DNA from: a bacterium
GTDB taxonomy: Bacteria; UBA8248
Length of the DNA: 64,000 nucleotides
Assembly (NCBI GenBank): GCA_965261085.1
Contig: OZ253442.1
Location: 1,024,001 to 1,088,000, forward strand
Direction: 5' to 3'
Each line of letters begins with the position of its first letter. Position 1 is the first letter of the stretch. Position numbers and translations under genes: made by a program. Below, one piece after another: positions 59,377 through 64,000 of this stretch. The notes under the pieces were generated by a model. That model worked only from the letters and a program-made list of their open reading frames with translations, searched no databases and was not told the DNA's origin.

Positions 59377-60207
59377 ATGAAAATCATACTTGCAATCGCC
59401 CTCTCGCTCTTCATGGCTTCAGCCTCTTTCGCGCAGGAAATCGTAAAGGAAAAACCCACCAACCCGATTCTCCTGATGAAGACGAATTTTGGCGACCTCT
59501 ACATCGAAATGTTCCCCGAAGAAGCGCCCAAGACGGTGGCTAACTTCATGGACCTCGCCACGGGCAAGCGCGCATTCGTCGACCAAAAGACGAAGGCGAA
59601 AGTGACGCGCCCGTTTTATGACGGGCTGAAATTTCACCGCGTCATCAAGGAGTTCATGATCCAGGGTGGCGACCCCAGGGGAAACGGAACCGGAGGCCCT
59701 GGCTACAACTTCGAAGACGAGATCAACGCCGAAGCCCTGGGCCTTCACAAAATGAAGGCCATCAAGGACGGCCGCCCCCACAGTTATCTGCCCATCAGAA
59801 ACCAGAACGATATTCAGCGCACCCTGATGAGCCCCCTGTTCCAGAAGATGGGAATCCGCTCCCAGGCCGATCTCGACAAGCGCAGCGAAGAAATAAAAAA
59901 GCGCATCGACAATCTCACGCTCAAAGACGCCTATGAGAACATGGGCTACCGCTTCAACGAGAAGCTCAAGTCACGCCCGCCCCAGAAGGGCGTGCTCGCG
60001 ATGGCGAATTCAGGTCCCAACACGAACGGCTCGCAGTTCTTCATCAACCTGATCGACACGCCCTGGCTCACCGGCAAGCACACGGTCTTCGGCAAGGTGG
60101 CCAAAGGCATGGACGTGGTGGAGAAAATCGGCGAAACGCCGGTGGGGACGGGAAGCGTGCCCAAAAAAGAGGTGCGGATCATCTCGATCCGGCTTCACAC
60201 TCCCTGA
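59377..60207 (+). CDS. Cyclophilin-type peptidyl-prolyl isomerase, exported
   Basis: Signal peptide, FHRVIKEFMIQGGDP.G.GTGGPGY, AMANSGPNTNGSQFFI, KHTVFG. Confidence 0.93.
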   Translation: MKIILAIALSLFMASASFAQEIVKEKPTNPILLMKTNFGDLYIEMFPEEAPKTVANFMDLATGKRAFVDQKTKAKVTRPFYDGLKFHRVIKEFMIQGGDPRGNGTGGPGYNFEDEINAEALGLHKMKAIKDGRPHSYLPIRNQNDIQRTLMSPLFQKMGIRSQADLDKRSEEIKKRIDNLTLKDAYENMGYRFNEKLKSRPPQKGVLAMANSGPNTNGSQFFINLIDTPWLTGKHTVFGKVAKGMDVVEKIGETPVGTGSVPKKEVRIISIRLHTP

Positions 60208-60220
60208 TTTCCGCGTGAGG

Positions 60221-60829
60221 CTACATATCGCGGCGTCCTTCCAGGGAGCGGGTGAGTGTCATCTCGTCCGCGTATTCGAGGTGACTGCCCATGGGAAGGC
60301 CGTGCGCTAACTGGGTGACTCGCACGCCGAGCGGCTTGAGCACCTGGGCGAGATAAAGGGAGGTTCCCTCCCCCGCCATATTGGGGTTTAAGGCCAAAAT
60401 CACCTCTTTCACCTCCCCCCCCTTCACGCGCTCGATGAGCTTGGCGATGGTGAGGTTCTCGGGCTCCACGCCGTCGAGAGGGGATATGACGCCCATCAGT
60501 ACATGGTAGCGGCCCTTCACGCCTCCTGCGCGCTCGACCGCGAACACGTCGGCGGGTTCTTCCACCACGCAGATGACGCCGGGTTCGCGCGCGCCGCAGA
60601 CCGAGCAATCGTCCCCGCCGGCTTCGCCCTCCACGAGCATAGAACACGTGCCGCACAGGCCCACTTTCTCATGAAGGGCCTCACACGAAGCGGCGATTCT
60701 GCCGGCGGCTTGGGGGTCCTTGCCCAGCAGATGAAAGACGAATCTCTGCGCGCTCTTCGGCCCCACCCCCGGAAGGCGGCGAAAGGCCTCGACGCACTCT
60801 TCTATGGCGGGAAACCGGCTCAGTTGCAT
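60221..60829 (-). CDS. recR: Recombination mediator RecR
   Basis: LPGVGPKSAQR, C4 zinc finger, ICVVE, YHVL.G.ISPLDG, LEYADE.TL. Confidence 0.96.
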   Translation of the reverse strand: MQLSRFPAIEECVEAFRRLPGVGPKSAQRFVFHLLGKDPQAAGRIAASCEALHEKVGLCGTCSMLVEGEAGGDDCSVCGAREPGVICVVEEPADVFAVERAGGVKGRYHVLMGVISPLDGVEPENLTIAKLIERVKGGEVKEVILALNPNMAGEGTSLYLAQVLKPLGVRVTQLAHGLPMGSHLEYADEMTLTRSLEGRRDM

Positions 60830-60934
60830 GGTGTTTTCTCACTCGCATTTTAAGGGCGGCGGCCTGGGGCGACGATGAAGACGATATGATCTCCAACACG
60901 AAAACAATGGGCGGCGGCGAGGCCGAGCATCGGC

Positions 60935-61252
60935 TCAGAACAGACCGGGAATGGGCAGGCCGCCGGTCAGTTTCTTCATCTCCTCGGACATCATGTCCTT
61001 GCCTTTTCTGGACGCCTCGTTACACGCGGCGCGCACCAGATCCTCAAGCATCTCCACGTCGTCGGGGTCAACCACTTGCGGGTCTATTTTCACCGACACC
61101 ACGTCGCCCGCCCCGTTGGCGGTCACGTTCACCATGCCCCCGCCGGCGGAGGCCTCCACCATCTTCGCCGCCATCTCCTCCTGAAGTTTGGCCATCTTAT
61201 CCTGGAGTTGGCGCGCCTGTTTCATTAAACCGCCGATGCCGCCTTTTAACAT
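60935..61252 (-). CDS. ybaB: YbaB/EbfC nucleoid-associated protein
   Basis: MKQA..LQ.KM, ASAGGGMV.V, D.EMLEDLV.AA.NEA; lies between dnaX and recR. Confidence 0.95.
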   Translation of the reverse strand: MLKGGIGGLMKQARQLQDKMAKLQEEMAAKMVEASAGGGMVNVTANGAGDVVSVKIDPQVVDPDDVEMLEDLVRAACNEASRKGKDMMSEEMKKLTGGLPIPGLF

Positions 61253-61283
61253 GAGAATCTCCCCGAGGTATTTCCCTCACCGC

Positions 61284-63014
61284 TCAAGCAAATGAATTTC
61301 CACCTGATTTTCGCACTCGCGTGCGACGAATGTCGACTATCTTCCCGTTGAACAAATCCACGATTTCCTGAATCAAGGCCTGCTCGCTCTCATCCGCCTT
61401 CTGAGCGCGGGCTTCGTCCCTCTCCCCCGCCCCGCTCGCGGCTCGTGAATGAGCGCCGTTCTCCGCGCCCGTTATCTCGACCCTGGCGCTCCAAGGGGAA
61501 TGCGTCCTGAAAAATTCCTCGAGTTCGGGCAGCACCTCTTGCGCCATGTGCAGGCCCTGCGCGTTTCTGTTCTCCCGGGCGAGAACCACGCGGATGATCC
61601 CTTCTGTTTCCATATCCAGCTCGATGCCATGAAAAAGCGGGCGCCTCATCGGGCGTAAGGCCTCCACCGCTCCCGTCCATACGCGCCGCGCCTGGGCGGT
61701 GTCCCACTTTTGCGCTTCTGCCTGAGCGACGGGAGAACCTCCCGAAGCGGTTTTGGGCGCAGGAGAAGCAGGAGCAGGCGCTTCCCGAGGAGCCGGGGGC
61801 GGCGTCGCGTCGCCGGAAGTTTCCGCTCTCTGCGAGGGGGTGCGAGGAGGCATCGGCGGCGCTCCCCCGCCCATGGTTTCGAGCCTTTCCATCAATGCGC
61901 CCAAATCCGCTATCGGCTCGATCTGGCACATTCGCAGAATCGCGACTTCGAGTGTCATGCGGGGATGATCCGAGGTCCTGAGTTCGAATTCCGCCCCCTG
62001 TAGAATGGAATACGCCTGATGCGCCTCGGCGAAAGTCATCTTCGCGGCCACTTCCTTGCGCTCGGCGATCTCCGAGGCAGCCACTTCGAATAGCGCCTCG
62101 TCGTCGCCGGCCGATAAAAGCACCATGCAATCGCGCAAATACTCCAAAAAGTTCGCGGAGAAAAGCTTGAGATCGTGTCCCGCGTCGAATAGGCCTTTGA
62201 GCTCGGTGAGCGCCTTGTTCCCGTCGCGTTCGATCACCGCTTCGACCAGGGTCTTATGAATACTGCCCGACGGCACCCCGAGCACTTTTTCCACTTCTTC
62301 GCTCGATACCGGATCCTCAGTGGCGAAAGCCAGCACCTGATCGAGCAAGGATTGCGCATCGCGGATGCTGCCCTCTCCCATCCGCGCCAATAACTTGACG
62401 GCCGCCTCGTCCATCTTCCTGCCCTGCTCCTCGACTATCCGCGCAAGATGCGCCGCGATGACAGAGGTCGCGATTCTCCGGAACTCGAACACCTGGCAGC
62501 GGCTCAAAATGGTGTCGGGGACGTTTTTGACTTCCGTGGTGGCCAGGATGAAAACGACGTGGGGCGGCGGTTCTTCGAGCGTCTTTAGCAGCGCGTTGAA
62601 GGAGCTTTTGGAGAGCATGTGCACTTCATCGAAAATCACCGTCTTGTAACGCCCGCGCGCGGGATGGTAGCGAAGGCCCTCGCGCAGTTCACGCACGTTG
62701 TCCACCCCGGTATACGTGGCGGCGTCGATTTCCAGGATGTCGGGATGGCTTCCTCTGGTGATCTCCTCGCACGATGAGCATTGGTTGCACGGCTCGGGAA
62801 GAGGCCCCTCCCCCGATTCGCAATTGAGCGCCTTGGCGAGAATACGCGCCGTGGTCGTTTTGCCGACCCCTCGCGTTCCGCTGAACAGATAAGCGGACGC
62901 GACGCGCCCCGAGGCCAAGGCGTTCGAGAGTGTTCGCCGGATATGTTCCTGGCCGATAAGTTCTTCGAAGCGCTGCGGACGCCATTTCCTGGCGCTGCCG
63001 ATGAAGGCCATCAA
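61284..63014 (-). CDS. dnaX: DNA polymerase III subunit gamma/tau
   Basis: ARKWRPQ.F, GTRGVGKT, DEVHMLS, NALLKTLEEPP, TILSRC. Confidence 0.96.
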   Translation of the reverse strand: MMAFIGSARKWRPQRFEELIGQEHIRRTLSNALASGRVASAYLFSGTRGVGKTTTARILAKALNCESGEGPLPEPCNQCSSCEEITRGSHPDILEIDAATYTGVDNVRELREGLRYHPARGRYKTVIFDEVHMLSKSSFNALLKTLEEPPPHVVFILATTEVKNVPDTILSRCQVFEFRRIATSVIAAHLARIVEEQGRKMDEAAVKLLARMGEGSIRDAQSLLDQVLAFATEDPVSSEEVEKVLGVPSGSIHKTLVEAVIERDGNKALTELKGLFDAGHDLKLFSANFLEYLRDCMVLLSAGDDEALFEVAASEIAERKEVAAKMTFAEAHQAYSILQGAEFELRTSDHPRMTLEVAILRMCQIEPIADLGALMERLETMGGGAPPMPPRTPSQRAETSGDATPPPAPREAPAPASPAPKTASGGSPVAQAEAQKWDTAQARRVWTGAVEALRPMRRPLFHGIELDMETEGIIRVVLARENRNAQGLHMAQEVLPELEEFFRTHSPWSARVEITGAENGAHSRAASGAGERDEARAQKADESEQALIQEIVDLFNGKIVDIRRTRVRKSGGNSFA

Positions 63015-63071
63015 GAATCCATCCTAAGGATTTTCGCCATGAAAGAGCCCCATGTTCCATGAGCGACGCGC

Positions 63072-63212
63072 GGATCCTGCGATGGAGTCGACCGGCCAGG
63101 CGCCCTCGTGGCGCCCAGGAGCATCCACTTACCGCTGCTTCCTTCCGGACCTGACGGGGTTCGCGGGCTCCCGCCGCACGAGACCCAACCGGCCGAATCC
63201 ATCGCAGGTTCC
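63072..63212 (-). ncRNA. ffs: Signal recognition particle RNA (core plus extended helix; ends uncertain)
   Basis: Minus strand CCCGTCAGGTCCGGAAGGAAGCAGCGG (helix 8), upstream of dnaX as in the common ffs-dnaX-ybaB-recR order. Confidence 0.92.
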
Positions 63213-63543
63213 AAAGGAAATCCTAACCCGTCCCCCGGCCTTTGGGAAGCGGGAGCGTCCGCATTTTTTACCGGGGAACCGCATCGCCCGGGGGGAAACA
63301 GGCAACCACGCATATAACATGGTGTTAGAGGGAATCGCCTCCGCTGGACCTGCGGCGCGAGCGAATAACCACAAGTCATTCCGCGTGGCCGCATGTATGA
63401 TTTCGACCCGCTTTGAAACCACAACCCCTCGCTCTTTTGCGGGGATTGGTTCTCGCCTTTGCTCGTCATTCCGGCGCATACGCCGGAATAACGGTGGCGG
63501 GGCCGCACATGGGGCGGGGATACGAAACCGCGTGGATATACGA

Positions 63544-63569
63544 TAGGGACAGGTCGCGACCTGTCCCTA
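63544..63569. repeat. Perfect 26-bp REP-like palindrome
   Basis: TAGGGACAGGTCGCGACCTGTCCCTA. Confidence 0.75.
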
Positions 63570-63759
63570 CGAACACCTTTTCATCGGCCGGAGGATTCCC
63601 TCGCTCCTCGGTGGGGATTGCCGGGATGACGGGCAAGGGGGGAGTGATATGGGCCTCGCCATTTCGCGTGCAATGGGGTTACAATGGGTTTTTCTATCAC
63701 CTCATCGCGCGACCCAAAGCAGTTTATTTCGCGCTGCATCAAGAAAGGCCGCCGGACGC

Positions 63760-64000
63760 ATGTCTTATTCCAAGGTAGTCGAACTCGCGGAGGGAAAGGC
63801 CTACGTCCTCCACAACGCGTTTCCCCTCGATGGCCGGATCAGCGCCTATCCCATCAGTGCGCGCGGGCACAGCGTCTCGAATTGTTATCTCTTGAAAGAA
63901 GACGAGGGCGCGCTCCTGCTCGATACGGGCTATGCGGTTCATGAGGCCGAAATCCTGGCGCAGCTCGCATCCATTCTCGACCCCGAGACGCCGCTGTCGC
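63760..64000 (+). CDS. MBL-fold protein, N-terminal part (runs off the window)
   Basis: Hand translation MSYSKVVELAEGKAYVLH...NCYLLKEDEGALLLDTG. Confidence 0.7.
   Translation, partial: MSYSKVVELAEGKAYVLHNAFPLDGRISAYPISARGHSVSNCYLLKEDEGALLLDTGYAVHEAEILAQLASILDPETPLS

Noticed and set aside
61284-63014. E. coli-type dnaX programmed frameshift
   Set aside because: No A AAA AAG slippery site or long poly-A run was noticed at the expected position.

Overview
High-GC bacterial window mixing housekeeping genes (fhs, serS, thiE-thiL, a cyclophilin PPIase, recR-ybaB-dnaX, SRP RNA, two tRNA-Ser) with catabolic and transport genes (tripartite tricarboxylate transporter, ABC transporter, CoA-transferase, MmgE/PrpD, amidase, Mo-hydroxylase large subunit). 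It also holds small defence-like inserts, secreted repeat proteins (TPR, cadherin/PPC, RTX, subtilase; a set suggesting a host-associated lifestyle, which is inference only), two IS1182-family copies and MITEs sharing their ends. The strongest signal is missed by the ORF track: two AhpD/CMD-family genes are each split by in-frame TGA codons exactly at the redox CxxC motif. One reads C-D-Y-U (368..1021). The other reads U-Y-G-U (30661..31260), a candidate double-selenocysteine (UxxU) AhpD-like protein with a SECIS-like hairpin, lying near tlpA, an FGE-domain gene, a pentaheme cytochrome c, a Mo-hydroxylase subunit and yqeC. Second, both IS copies and one MITE insert at the same register in a dispersed ~30-bp REP-like motif. 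All family assignments are by-eye motif recognition; no searches were run.
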